This document shows positions 36,005 to 49,897 of a stretch of 64,000 nucleotides of DNA, piece by piece (position 1 is the stretch's first letter; the number at the start of each line of letters is the position of its first letter). A program made the position numbers and the translations under genes. The notes beneath the pieces were generated by a model. That model did not search any database. It was not told where the DNA came from and was given only the letters and a program-made list of their open reading frames with translations. Source of the stretch: Eledone cirrhosa (lineage: Eukaryota); NCBI GenBank assembly GCA_964016885.1, contig OZ024740.1, positions 360,964,001-361,028,000 of the forward strand, given 5' to 3'.

Positions 36005-38230
36005 TTTAAAATCTTAGTGGGAGTCCTTGACACAAAGGAGAAGTGGATGGTATGGTTGTGGCACAAGAAATGAGGAGGGGACTAGGCTTCTGGAGTTCTG
36101 TGATGCCCTCGATTTATTGATCTGTTACACAAACTTCAAGAAACCAACCATCTGATTACCTACCAAACAGGGGCAAATACAAGCCAAATAGACTTCCTCC
36201 TCACCAGGAAATGAAACAGGCAAATGGTTGTAAATGCCAAGTCCCTTCCTGTTGGGAGATACATTCCTCCCCAGGAATGTAACTCCCAACATAGATTAGT
36301 TGTCAGTGACTTTAGAGTAAGGGCTAGGTGGACCAAGAGACAAAAGCCGGTCTGGAGAAGGAAGACATGGAAGCTGAGAGAACCTTCTGTAGGTCCCACC
36401 AAGACAGAAAGTGACATGGTGGTGGAATGACAAGGTAGTAAGAGCCATTAAAATAAAGTGACAAGAATGGAGGAAACAAAAAGCAATACCAGATAGCTAG
36501 AAGTATATCTAGAAAGGGGAGAAGCAGAAAAGAAGTTTGCACATGTTTTACATCATGAAGATCAGAAGCGTGAAATTTCAGGATTGCAAGACAGTATACT
36601 ATAAAAAATATGTCCAAAATGATAGCGGAGCACTTGCCCTATCTGACGCTGAAAAGAAGGAGGCATGGAAGATGTACTATGAAAGGCTGCTGAGCAAAGA
36701 AAATAAATGGGATAGAGAGGGCCTACCCCATGCAGACCCTACGGAGAGACCAGCCATAAAAGTTGACAACAGTATGATAGATAAAGCAATTAAGGTCATG
36801 AAGGTAGGGAAAGCAGCTGGACCATCTGGCATGGTAGAATATGAGCTAGCCAGATGCATAGTTAATCAAGTAGTACAGGATGGTGTCACACCCATCAACT
36901 GGTGCAGCTGTATCATTGTAAATTGTAACAAAGACAAAGGAGATGCACTAGAGGGAAGTAACTACAGTGGCCTCAAGATGACAGACCAGGTCATGAAACT
37001 TGCTGAAAAGGTTATAACACAATTAATAATGGAAAGAATCAAGTTAGATGAGATGCAGTTTGGATTTATGCCAGGTAGGTGTATTACCGATGCCCTCTTT
37101 CAGGTGAGACAACAGGAGAAGTACTTAGCTAAGAGTAAACCACTGTATCTGGCATTTGTAAATATGGAGAAGGCCTTTGACAGAGTCCCACACTCTATAA
37201 TCTGGTGAGCACTTAGGAAGCTAGGTGTAGATGAACTGCTTGTGAGGGCCATGCAGGCCATATATAGAGGAGCAACCAGCAGAGTGAGGGTTTGCAACAA
37301 GTACAGTAATGAATTGAAGTGCAGGTGAGGGTCCACTAGGGATCAGTCCACGGTCCACTCATGTTTATTATTGTACTCCAGGGCATCACTGAGGAGTTTA
37401 AAACTGGTTCTCTATGGGCGCTCCTATATGTTGATGACCTAGTCCTTATAGCTGAATTCATAGGAGAATTAGAAGCAAAATTTCAAGCTTGAAAGAACCT
37501 ACATTTGAAAGGCCTAAAAGTAAACTTTGAAAAGACGAAAGTCTTAATAAGTAAGAAAGAAGACAGGAGAGTGATACCACGAGGAAGGTAGCACCTTCTT
37601 TGATATGTCAGAAAGGGGTGGGCAAAAATTTCATAATGAGCACAGTGTAATTTATGAACGCACAAGACAAGATACACAGGAGAAGTGAGCACAAAGAGCA
37701 CACATGAAATAGATTCCTTCAGTTACCAAGAAGGCCCCTAGAAGTTATTGAAAATTTGCTAGGCGATCAAATTAGCAATGGGTGAGGATGCAACAAAAGT
37801 GTGACAGCTGGAAGATGTTTAGAGAGCTATGATGACAACAAAATTCTTTTTCTCAAAGTGAAGGGCAGACTGTATGATGCCTGTGTGCAAACTGCAATGC
37901 TACATGGCAATGAAACATGTAATGTTAGTGTGCATGAGCAACATAGCATGAGAAAACTGGGGGAAAAACTTGAATAAGTGGAATTGATGTAGTGTGTAAA
38001 AGAGAAGACTATGCTGGTATGGGCATGTCTTGTGCATGGAAGATGACAGCTGTATAAAGAAATGCAAAGAAATCCCAGTAGCTGCTGGGAACTATGGAAG
38101 AGGTAGACTCAGAAAGACATAGGATGGGGTTGTGAAGACTGACTTTAAAAAACTAAACTGCACAATTGAAATGGCTAATAACTGTGAGGGATGGCCCTAT
38201 AATGTGCTGAAGAAAACTTGATCAACAACA
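36005..38230 (+). mobile_element. Old, multiply disrupted RTE LINE (APE end and RT)
   Basis: SQHRLVVSDF, KAAGPSG, QFGFMPGRCITDALF, AFVNMEKAFDRVP, LLYVDDL and RLCWYGHV, with many stops and frameshifts. Confidence 0.88.
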
Positions 38231-38864
38231 TACACAGGTGTGAGCTGTAAGTTTAGTTTTTAAGTTTCAATGGAAGCAGCATAGAGCAATAATGGAGTTT
38301 CAATATAGTCACTGAAACTAATTATTGTAAGGACATATAGAAAATAATAAATGACAAAGAGAAGTAAAGAAAAATAGAACCAAGAAGAATGGAAGGAGGT
38401 AACCCCCTTAAAAAAAAAATTAAATTTTTCCTTATGCTTTTAATAAAAGACAATGTTGATAATTTTCAAATAAGTTTGATAAAAGCAAAGAATTTAGAGT
38501 GGTTTATTAATACAAGTTGGTATTTGGAACAGAAAGGTTCTTATATAAAATTATGATGGAATGTTTATAGATAAATGTAAACATTTAAAAATAAACAGTT
38601 TTGTATCATAGAATTAGGATCAGTTTCAGCTGGTTTTGTATCAAATAGTTAAGCTGGTGCTGGGAGTTTAATTTAATAAAGGTTCTTACTTATAATTATA
38701 ATATAAGGTCTTTAAATAGATATAAATACTTTAAAATAGACAGCTTTGTATTGTAAAACCAAAGGCAGTGTCAGGCAGTTTGGTACAAAAAGTTTAAAGA
38801 AGACAAAAATTCAGACAGTACAAAACTTAGAGGTAAAAGTAAATAAAATAGAAATGTGACTTAC

Positions 38865-39035
38865 GTTTGAGTCCATGTCGTAGGACATGTTCTAGAACAA
38901 CAAAGAACTGTTGTAGAGGTACATGGTCATCATCTAACATTCGACCATGAGATAACGAGGAATCTATCAGTTCCTTGATTATTAATTTGGACACATTCAG
39001 CAGATTGGCTCGCTCTATAGTCCGTGGATCTCGTC
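38865..39035 (-). CDS. RUFY2: RUFY2-like exon (start of RUN domain), 171 nt, phase 1-1
   Basis: Minus strand reads [56 protein letters not shown], resembling RUFY-family ERANLLN...[18 protein letters not shown]. Acceptor ttattgcag, donor gtaagt. The symbol is a family-level label; invertebrates typically have one RUFY1/2/3 co-orthologue. Confidence 0.93.
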
Positions 39036-39269
39036 CTGCAATAACAACAACAAAAAATATTACAAACGTTATACAAATAGTTCAAAATCTAACAGTATTT
39101 CTCTCTCTATAAATATATTGCATACCAACTGAAATGGCCATCCAGTGGAATTTTACAAATTGTTATACCAACTTTGAACTTAAACATGCATTGAGTACCA
39201 CCCTGATCTGTGTTCTAAGATGTCTCTGTACCGCGAATATTATCTCATCATCATCATTACCAAAACATA

Positions 39270-39545
39270 AGCAAACTGAGAAAAAACTTGGCATAAGAGG
39301 ACTTGAATGTAGTTTGAAAGAAAGAAGACTTGTGTTGGTATGGACATATGACGTGCATGGAAGATAACAGCTGCATAAAGAAATGCAGAGAAACCCAAGT
39401 TGCTGGGATCTGTGGAAGAGGCAGATCCAGGAAGACATGGGATGGGGTTGTGAAGAGCAACCTTAAAAAAACTAAACCTCACAACAAAAATGACTAAAAA
39501 CCGTGAAGGCTGGTGCTATGTAGTGCTGAAGAAGAGCTGACCTGC
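39270..39545 (+). mobile_element. RTE 3' coding fragment
   Basis: EKKLGIRGLECSLKERRL..GRGRSRKTWDGVVK; similar to 37950-38230. Confidence 0.75.
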
Positions 39546-41009
39546 AACATAGAATGTGGCCTGACCTACCCTCACGTCCCTACCTTCTACTACCACTAAC
39601 AGCTATTCTCGACACCACTACACCACACACACACACCCCATGCCCACTCACACACACATTCCTAGCCGCTGCACCCTTGTGAGGTGGTTGGTGATGTGAA
39701 GGGCATCCAACCGTAGAAAGCTTGTCAAACAAAGGGCTGGGAAGACCACTCAATTGTGTCAAGGACATGACAACTTCCCTAGTGTTGGTGATCTACACAA
39801 TAAACGCACTCTGTACAGAGAGAGAGATTCTTTTACTAGTTTCAGTAATTGAACTAAAGCCATGCTGGGGTACTGCCTTGAAGGGTGTTCAGCAATCATA
39901 CTGACCCCAGTATTTATGTTCTTAAGCTTAGTGCTTATTTTATCAATCTCTATTTGTCAAACTGTTTGGTTACAGGAATGAAAAAACATAAATCCACACA
40001 CACACACATATATATATATATATGTACACACACACTCTCTTACACCACCAACTCTACACACCCTACCACCACTGACCCCCACTCACACCCGCATTCAACC
40101 CTTTCTCCACCTCCTGTATACTAACACCCCCTCCACCGACCCCCACACCCTTCTCTCCCCGTTCCACCCACACCCTTTCTCAAACACTCACTCATCCCAC
40201 TAACACCTCTACTAATACACACACACACCCTCCTCACTCCAACTTTCACACCTACCCATCCTCTCCCCTTTACCATTCCACCCTACTGCTGCTATGCCCT
40301 CTGACCACCTCCCAGCACACACAGACACACAGCACTCCTACTGCCTTGACCACTTCCTGTTGCGCGCGCACCCCACATCTCCCCTCTTCCGACCAATCTC
40401 TTCACGGATTACACGTATGTGGACCTTGACCGCGGAATCAACCACCATCCTACGATTTTACTAACCATTCCACCACATCTTCTTACGGAATCACCTTTAT
40501 GACTCACCCACACACACACCCAAAAAAATTTTTTTTCCCACACGCCACCTACACCCACAACACGCTTAAACACCACACACACACATGCGTTCCACCACAT
40601 ATTTACACATTCAGCCTCCGGATTCCTCTCCCCCCACCCCTCTATCCACACACGCACACACACTCCGACCTCCACACCACCCAACACACACCTCTTCCTG
40701 AACATGCAACCCCGTTCTTCCCCCAACCCTTGCTTTCACATACACACACACACACACACACGTACACCTACACACACACACCACCTTCAGCCCTCCCCGC
40801 TCGGACACCCTGTCTCCCTCTCCCCACTCCACCCGCCACCACCCCTACACGCCCCACACCCTTCCACCACCTGTTTTACCCCATTTTAATTTTAATTTGA
40901 TCATGCTTTTATTTTTAATTTCATTTGCACCGTTTCCTCCCACCCCCTTTTTGCTATATGTCTCTCCACCACTCCCCTACACACCCTTTGAACTCTCTTC
41001 CCACACACT

Positions 41010-41080
41010 TTTCACCTGAAGAAGGGCTTATGCCCGAAACGTCGTTCCCCACCACCACCCCACTCTCAAGAGCGTGAAAT
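41010..41080 (+). ncRNA. Hammerhead core in a Penelope-like terminal repeat
   Basis: CTGAAGA-A-GGGC(TTAT)GCCC-GAAA-CG-TC, then AATAAA and (TA)n. Only 2 bp of immediate stem I. Confidence 0.6.
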
Positions 41081-41132
41081 TAATAAACATTCGTTGTACT
41101 GCCTCTCTGTCTTGTTCCTGTTCAAATTTTCC

Positions 41133-41171
<39 letters not shown>

Positions 41172-41184
41172 CAAGATTAAAAAT

Positions 41185-43560
41185 GACAAACAGAGATGCA
41201 GTCTTAATACATACTCCTATGTCAAAAGTATCAACCCTGACTTCATTACAGTCACGGAAACATTCCTTACTCTGTGATGGGGTTTTCAGCATAACTGGCT
41301 ACAACTTGTTTTGTAAAGACTGCATTAATCGTTGTAGTGGTGGTGGTGGTGCAATGGTCTACGTTTGGTCAAATTTTTTTGGCAATTCCTTGTGTTGATT
41401 TGAACCAATCGCAGCAAGAAGTAATTTTCTGCGATATACATATGACCATGTCAACACTGCTACTTGGAGTCGTTTACCGTCCCCCAAAATACCACCAGGA
41501 CAGTCAACTTTGTGATATACTCAGAGCTGCTGCCAGGAAAACAGCCACATATGTTTTTTATTGCAGGGGACTTCAATCACCCTGAGATTGACTGGGAAAC
41601 CTTTCGTTGGCCACAAAGTGCAAATGATTTCCTTGAGCTAGTGCTGGACTCGAATTGGTCCCAAGTAGTCACCTCCCCAACAAGAGGTGACAACACTTTG
41701 GACCTACTCTTCACCACTACTCCTGAAACGGTTATTAGTGTTACTACTGAGGAACCTTTAGGTGACTCTGATCATACTATGATCATTGCCAATCTATCCC
41801 TCATGGGCAGTAACAAAAAACCACAACCATCTCCAAACTGCTCACTTTGACTGGAATAAAGCAGACTGGAACTGTTACTGCACCGAGCTGCAACGTCCAA
41901 ACTGGCTTGAGTTCTACAACTCTGGAGATGTCAACACTGTACTCCAGAACATCCTGAACTCAATATGGACAGCATGTGCAGCATCGGTGCCACGAAAGCA
42001 GAAAAACATCCTAAAAGTGCAATTTGGGAGACTGCAGCAGTCCGTCTTGCCAGAAAAGAACGTCGTAATGCTGAACGTGAGTACAAACTGCACAAATCAG
42101 ACATCAATAGGAAAAAGCGAAATAAATCATCCAACCATCTCAAACAGGTGACAAAAAAGGCAGTGCTTCAATTTAAGCAGCGCATAGCAACCAGCCCTGA
42201 CAGTAAGGTGTTCTGGAAGTATGTTCACTCAAAGCAAAGGCCTCACTCTCCAGTTGGTCCTCTCCACAATCCCCACATAAGCCAGGTTACTGACGACCCC
42301 AAGGAATGGTACACTCTAGTCACTATTGAAGACTAGAGTGTACCATCTCCACCACCTTTGACATCTGATTCTTTTACAACTATGGAATTTGCACATGCAA
42401 TGCTGCGACATCACCTTAAAAATAAATGCAACCATGCCTCTCCTGGTCTTGATGGTGTTACGTACCGGCTTCTCAAACGTGGTCGGTACTTCCTTCTGCA
42501 CCAGCTATAACGCTTCTTCCAATTCTGTCTGAACAACGGTGCTACTCCAGAACAGTGGAAAACTGCCAGTGTCATTCCTCTGTTCAAAAAGGGTCACCTG
42601 TGAACTACCGTCCAATCAGTCTTACTAGCTGCATTGCCAAACTGATGGAATCCTGTGTCAGAGAAACGCTTTGGAACTTCTGGAAGTCTCACAGTCTTAT
42701 CCGGCCCTCGCAATTTGGATTTATCCCTAACTCCAGCTGCTGTGATCAACTTATATGGTAAAACTCTCTGCAATAGGTGTGAAGGATGATCTTTTTAACT
42801 GGTTGAAGTCCTTCATTCTCAGTCAAAGAAAGGTAGTCACGGTTCTAGGACAGCATTCCTCACCATATGAGATGTCATCTGGTGTACCACAGGGATCTGT
42901 CCTTGGCCCCCTTTTGTTTGTGGCATATATTAATGACATAGATGCCAACTTAAAGAATGCCACAGTACTGAATATGCAGATGACATCAAGCTGTACCTTG
43001 AGATAAAAAGGACAGATCCTGAACACTATAGATCTTGCTTGCAATCTGACCTGGACATAATGCAACAATGGATCACAGACTGGCAACTCAAGCTAGCTGT
43101 GGACAAGTGTACCACCATGCATTTTGGGAGTAAAAACCCAGCGTCCACATACTCCCTCCACCACACTAATATCAAGAAGTCTTCTTGTGAACGTGACCTG
43201 GGTACCTTTTTGATTTCCATGTGTCTAACACACGTGGGCATGCCAACAAAGTCAGAAAACAGCACAGCTCCCATGACTTTCAGAAACATGTTTTCACACT
43301 CAGAGTTGCTGAAGCATGGAATAAACTACCTGCATCAGTTATTAGCTGTCGAGACACTGCATCCTTTAAAACCTCCATGCTTCCTGAGATTCGCCAACAC
43401 TACACATAATATTCCCCCTCCATACACAGGCACACATGTATATCATGACTCATACACTATTCACTTCCCTGACATTTGTATATTATTCTATGTACTAAAC
43501 ATGTACCTTTGATGAGTTGTAGTGCACTGTACACAATAATTTCATTTTTATTATTATTAT
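41185..43560 (+). mobile_element. CR1-group LINE with APE endonuclease and RT, disrupted
   Basis: VTET, GVVYRPP, GDFNHPEIDW, PTRGDNTLDLLFT, LGDSDH, FWKYV, NYRPISLTS, GVPQGSVLGP; (ATT)n tail. 3' part near-identical to 6940-8045. Confidence 0.92.
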
Positions 43561-45153
43561 ATAAGGGTTTGGGAAAAATCCCTGAGGCAAAGATGTTGAT
43601 GTTCAGTAGTTCATTTATTAATAATTATTGGTAATTCTAATGTGTTTTGATACATTACACAATTTAATATCCAATCAAAGGCCCTATGAAATGGATTAAA
43701 CAATCTCATAGATTCAATATTATATGAGATAATTATGCGAGGTAAAGCCTATAGTATATATAGAGTAATGTGAATGCTAAAGGGTTAAGACATATACACA
43801 AATACATATATATATATTGTCTGAGTTAATTCTTCTTCCTAACTATGGAGATTGAAAAAAACAGAGGAACAATCCCTATAATATATAGGAATGATTAAAA
43901 AAAGATTCAAATAAATACATAATTAAAACCCCAGTACTGACAAACATATACACAACACCTAGATAATAGCACTAGTAAAGTATTGCACACATATAACATA
44001 TTAAATAGACTGCTTTCAGTATATTACAAAGTTAACCTTGACAGGATTTGAACTCAGTGAGTAGAAAGTCGAAACTAAACAACACATTCTACTGATGCTG
44101 CCAATCCTGGTTTGTTAATTCAAATGCTTATAATATCTTTACATTGTGAAAATCATCAGTATTTAACTGGTACTTTATTTTAGTGACCTCAGTGAAGTTG
44201 ATTTCAGCAGGATTTGAACTCAGAATGTAAAGGACTGTAACTAAATACTACAAAGAATTGTCTAATGCTCTAACAATTCTGCCAATCCACCACTCTTATA
44301 ATAACAACAATAATAATAATTGTTTCTACATTTGGCACAAGGCCAGCAATTATCCCAGTGTATTACTGGTGCCTTATTTTATCGACCCTGTAAGGATGAA
44401 AGGCAAAGTTAACCTCGGCGGGATTTGAACTCAGACCATAAAGGGCCGCAACTCTTTGCTGCAAAGCATGGTGTCCGACCCTCTACCAATACTGCCAAAT
44501 GATGATGATAAAGGTTTCTAATTTTTAATAACAACAACATCAATAATAATATCAAAGCCCATCATCATTGCTGTTTTTCATGTTGGCATGGTAGATAAAA
44601 AAATACAGATGATCTTTTCCACATGCTCCAGCATTAGTACAACTTCCTTAATAGTATCAGGTGAACTTAGAAAGCACCAGGTGAAACTAGTACTTTCTCT
44701 CCTATACATACACAGACACACAGTTTCTTAATTAACATACTGCTATATGTTCCACATCAGTTCAACAAGAATCCATTTTGCACTAAGGAAACTAATTTCC
44801 AAGGTCAAAATTTCACAAGTGACTCTCCTACCACCACAACGACCAGCACAATATCATCATATTTGTCATTATAGTTATCATCATCATTACAATCATCACA
44901 ATCCTTGTCACCAACATCATTACGATCATCACCATCACTAATCACCACCATTATCATCATCATGATTGTCAAAGATTTCCTGTGATAGAAGAGCTTTAGT
45001 TTCCTGGAACTTGATACCCCTGTTTTTATTGCCATTGTAATATTACTCCCAAGAGCTACTTATTTTATTCAGTGAAGCCCTTTAATTTCTGCTACTTTTC
45101 TCACAGTTATATAAATCGGACAAATTATCCACTTTATTTACTAACTATACTTA

Positions 45154-45346
45154 CCATATATACTCAAATATAAGCCAAAGAATATGTGACCAAAAAATTG
45201 CTGGTAGAATGTGGGGGGGGGGGGGGTATATATGCCATCTAAACAATGTGTTGATTAGCTGTTTCGGCTTATAAATGGGGATTGAATTTTTGCCCATTTC
45301 TCAGACATAAAATGGGAGGGGGTAGTTTATATTCGAGTATATACAG
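45154..45346. mobile_element. Tc1/mariner (pogo/Tc2-like) MITE with TA target site
   Basis: TA|CCATATATACTCAAATATAAGCC ... TTTATATTCGAGTATATACAG|TA. Confidence 0.7.
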
Positions 45347-46517
45347 TACTTTGTACTTAACAATTTAGTTACCAACTTGGCCAAAACCAGCACTGGTTCT
45401 ATGAAATAAAACCACCTATTTTAAAGGTTTCCAATTTAATTAAAATCTTCTAACATAATTTTATATAAGAATATTATATTAAATTACTATCTTAGTAATG
45501 AAATAATTAATAATTTTAGTAAATCCCTCAAAATTCTTCAATAATTAATTAAAATAGAGTGCATTTCATTAAAAAGGGTTAAGTCAATGTTTTCCCAGGA
45601 TGTGTTGAGCTGGCTCTAGCTGCTTTCCCAGTTATATCAGTCAAATATAATCCACTTTATTTACTTACACTGTACTTGACTCTGTTTACTCATGATGGGT
45701 TGAACCAGCTTAAGTTCTGCTGCTTTCCCAGTTATATCAACCAAACAAATACGCTTGTTCAATTATTCACAGCAGTCACTCAAGGTGGGTTGAACCAGCT
45801 TCAACCAGTGAATCCACAGTACCATAGACAGATGCCACCCATGCAGATATCCAGTGCAGATATTGGCTAGTCATAATTTCTATAGTGGACATCATATATA
45901 CCAGCTCCAACAAGTACATCCACATATCACACACAGTGGTTGCTCATGCACTGTGATCATAAATGTCCGATAAGGATATTGTCAGCCAGTCATGATTTCA
46001 ATGGTGGACACTATATATGTAAAGATCGGATATTAGCTCATAATCCAACATGATTTTGTCAATCTAAATTTTCAGCTGTCCAACCTGATTATGTGATCCC
46101 ATGAAAGGATTTTTATTAATGGATTCCTTAATTACCACAAAGAGAAGGGACAAACGTGTTGAACCCTAAGATTCATATCCATCTGAAATGCTACAGGCTG
46201 GTAGTGTTGTGGTTGTTATTGTTCTGTTTAGACAAATATTTGGCTGCTGTTTCTAGCCAAATGAACAACTGTATAGAGATTTGCTCAACTCAAGGGATTG
46301 CTGCTGTTGTTTAGCCCTGGGTCCATCCTGATCTAACAGACCAATAGCAGAGACATTCCAGTTATAACTATTCCATTTTTTTCTTTTTTTCAGTATAGTA
46401 AATATATCTAGTATTATATTTATCTAGGATAGCAGTCTTTAGAAAAGGTTGGAGATTTCCAGAGAGGAAGACTTCTGAGAAAGAAATATGAAGAGGAAAA
46501 TATTTATGTAACATTAA

Positions 46518-46736
46518 CTATGATGCTACACCATGTCCTTTATATAACACTATACTATAATGCTACACCATCATGTTCATTATATAACACTATACTATGA
46601 TGCAACACCATGTCCATTATATAACATTATATTATAATGCTACACCATGTCCATTATATAACACTATACTATAATCCTACACTAATGTCCACACTATTAC
46701 ACTATACTAAAATGCTATACTAAGTTCACACTATAT
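46518..46736 (+). repeat. Degenerate ~37-bp tandem repeat, about 6 copies
   Basis: Unit approximately CTATAATGCTACACCATGTCCATTATATAACACTATA. Confidence 0.8.
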
Positions 46737-47489
46737 TGACCACAGTGCTTGAAAATAAAGTACTAGTCAAGCATTGGGGTTGATATAATTGACTTCACTC
46801 TTCCTCCAAAGTAGCTGGCCTTGTGCCAATGTCAGAAAGAATTATAGGCAACCTCACATGGTGGCTCAACCTGCTAAAAATAGCAGCCAAATTTCCCTGA
46901 AATCACAGCTAACGTATTAAAAGAGGTAGGACACATTTGATAATATGGTTCTAGAATCCCTTAAAAATATGGGATCGTTTCAGCTGGAATGGCTTTGATC
47001 AGAGTTGATAAACAACATAACATTAAACTACAAATAAATAACAACATAAATTAATACCGTTACATGCTGAGAACATTACTACACAGCCGTTTCACGTGCT
47101 AGAAATAGCAGCTAAATATCCCTGTAGTCATACTCAACTGTCTTTAAAATAAATATACTGGATCCTGCAGCTCAAAGTACCCTATTTCCCTAAATCAGAT
47201 GGGGTGGTCATACGTCAAATTTCTTTGTCCAATGAAGATCGACTAGTGACTAAGCAACAGCTGGGTATCGATAAAATTAGAACACACAATTAAGCCTCTA
47301 CGTAGCCACTTGATTTGCTGGAAATAACAGCCATATCTTGCTGAAATCACATCCTACTGTCTTTAAAAAGGAACACATTTAATAATGTAGTTCCGGGTAC
47401 ACTATTCGACCCCAAATCAGATGAGATGGTCATAATTTGAATGTCTTTGTTCAATCAAGAACTGATCTATGGTTAAACAACAGCTATCA

Positions 47490-48185
47490 GCATCATCATT
47501 TTACGTCCGCTTTTCCCTGCTTGTAAGGGTGGGACGGGTCTTATTCAGCACAGCATCTCTCCACTTGTCACGGTCCTTCGTGATCTCTACTGTGAGCTTC
47601 AGCGATCTGAGGTCTGTTCTCACCACCTACGCCCATGTTTTTCATGGTCTACCTCTACCACGTCTTCCTTCAACTGGCATTTCCTGGCACTTCTTTACCC
47701 ATCAGTCATCCTCCATGTGCATCACATGTCTATACCACCTCAGTTTCCTCTCTCGCACACTACATTCTATCCCTCTCAGACACAGTTCCTCTCTCAACAC
47801 ATTCATGATGGGTCGTTCATGCACATTTACACAGCACATCCAACGGAGCATGCTTGCCTCATTTCTCTCCAACCGTTGCATATCCTCTGCAGTTGCTACC
47901 CATGTCTCACTACCATGCAGCATCGCGCTCCTCACACAGGCATCATATAACCGGCCTTTCATACGCAGGGAGAAACCCTTCTTCGTCAGCAGAGGAAGCA
48001 GCTCCCTAAACTTCTTCCAACCCGTCATTCTAGATACTATGGCCTCGGAACACGCCTCTCCCATGCTAATCTGATCTCCTAGGAACCGGAAGCTATCCAC
48101 CACTTCTATAGCACCCGCCTGCATTTGAAAAATGTGTCTATCAATGCGACTTCTACTGTCTAATTTCCCTGTACATCTACTGTAT
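47490..48185 (-). mobile_element. RTE LINE 3' fragment
   Basis: ORF 47702-48283: VVDSFRFLGDQI..GWKKFRELLPLL..LHGSETW..LRWYRHVM; (GAT)n tail at 47490. Confidence 0.88.
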
Positions 48186-48380
48186 ACTGCTATGTATTGA
48201 TATATAATCAGAACACTACAAATCAAAACTGTATGTTGCAGTTTAGTTTGGTAAAAATAACAACTAAATCTCCCTGTAATCATATCCAGCTGTCATAAAA
48301 ATGAACACATTTGATAATGTTATTCAGAGTATACTATTCCACTCTTTCCCAGGATTGCTCTGTGGTTAAACAACAGCTTT

Positions 48381-49897
48381 GTAGCGTACAAGATGTTTGG
48401 TGTAGCTGGGCCTCGAAGAGGTTCTTGTCATTGTTAGCAGCTCACCTTACTTATGTATTAGGTGATGCTCATGTTGAGGGTGCTTAGCTATTCCAAAACC
48501 TTAGCCTTGCTATCACCTGCCTTTACTGAAGTATCAGGTGACGCTCCAGTAGAGGGTATTTGATTATTCCAATGCTTTAGCTTTGTTATCATCTCTGGTA
48601 ATGCCCAAGTATCTTTGGTTTGCCTAAAAGATTATTACAGGGAAACACCAATGCTCCCTGCTGTGGTATGTTATTGAGTGTGCATATCTTCTGCCTTTTT
48701 TGTCTTTTGTTTTATTTCTTTTTTTTCTTTTCTTTCATTATTTTTTTTACTGCAAATTGCTAATGTTTTGATATATAAATCAGAACACACCACTAAATGT
48801 TACAACCCATTAATTCCATTCCAATCTAGGACACCTTATATGTTTCTATTTACTGGAAGAAAACAAATAGTCGGACAGAGAAGACAGCCAGTACATTAGG
48901 ATCTGCTTGCAAGAAGATGGGTAGAGATGGTTACTGCAGCTGTAGTCAAACAGAACAAACAACTGAAATAATGTGATTTATTAGTAAATTGCATTTTCCA
49001 GCTTATGGCATTCAAGGCATATCAGAAGAGCTGGACTGCTGTTGTTGGCAGCTTGCCTTACTAAAGTATTAGGTAATGTTCTTGTTGAGGATACTTGGTT
49101 ATTCCCGTGCCTTAGCCTCGCTATCACTTGTGGTAATGCTGAGTGTCTTGGCTTGCTTTAATAGTTTTTAGAAGGAAGCAACATTCCCTATTGTAGCATG
49201 TACCTGAAGGACTAACTATCATCCACAGTAATGCAATGAGTGTCTTGGCTTACTTCAAACGTTTTAAGGGAGAAACACTATCATTCATCATGGTAGTGTG
49301 TAATTGAGTGTGCATGTTTTCACTCATATTTTTACCTCCCTTTTCTCCCTAATTAACTTCCATTGATTTGTTTCTTTTATAAATCATATTCATTATATAC
49401 ATTCTGTTTATATGTAAATATAGTCTAATAAATCTTTGTATTTACCATAACATTACACATTTATTTTCATCTTAAGACAATGATCAAGAGAAAATTTTGA
49501 AAGATTTTACTTTAAGACAAAGCCTACCAATAAACGTGTAATGGCATTTTGGGAGACATTAACTATGATGCATTAGGTAATTTTATTTACATATAAACAC
49601 AATTTATATAATGAATATGATTTACAAAAGAAACAAATCAATAGAAATTAGTCATAGAAATAAAAATAGAGAAGACATGTGCACTCAATTATACACTATA
49701 ACAGGAAATATTGGTGTTTCTCTCCACAGGTTTTTGAGGCAAGCCAAAACACTCACAGTGGTGCTACATGTGATATCGAGACTAAGACACTGGAATAGCC
49801 AGACATCTTCAACAGGATGTGTTGGTAAGGTAAGCTGCCAACAACGACAAGAACCTTGTTGTAGCGGCCCAGCTCTCCTGAGTGTCTCAAATGCTAC
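48381..49897. mobile_element. Cluster of decayed CRE-like (restriction-like endonuclease) non-LTR 3' ends
   Basis: Copies at ~48381-48680 (+, internally duplicated), ~49005-49315 (+) and ~49725-49897 (-). Consensus VAFETL..AGP..GD..E..WLFQxLSLAITxGNA resembles the C-terminal FQRLSxAIQRGNA motif of CRE-type elements. Confidence 0.6.
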
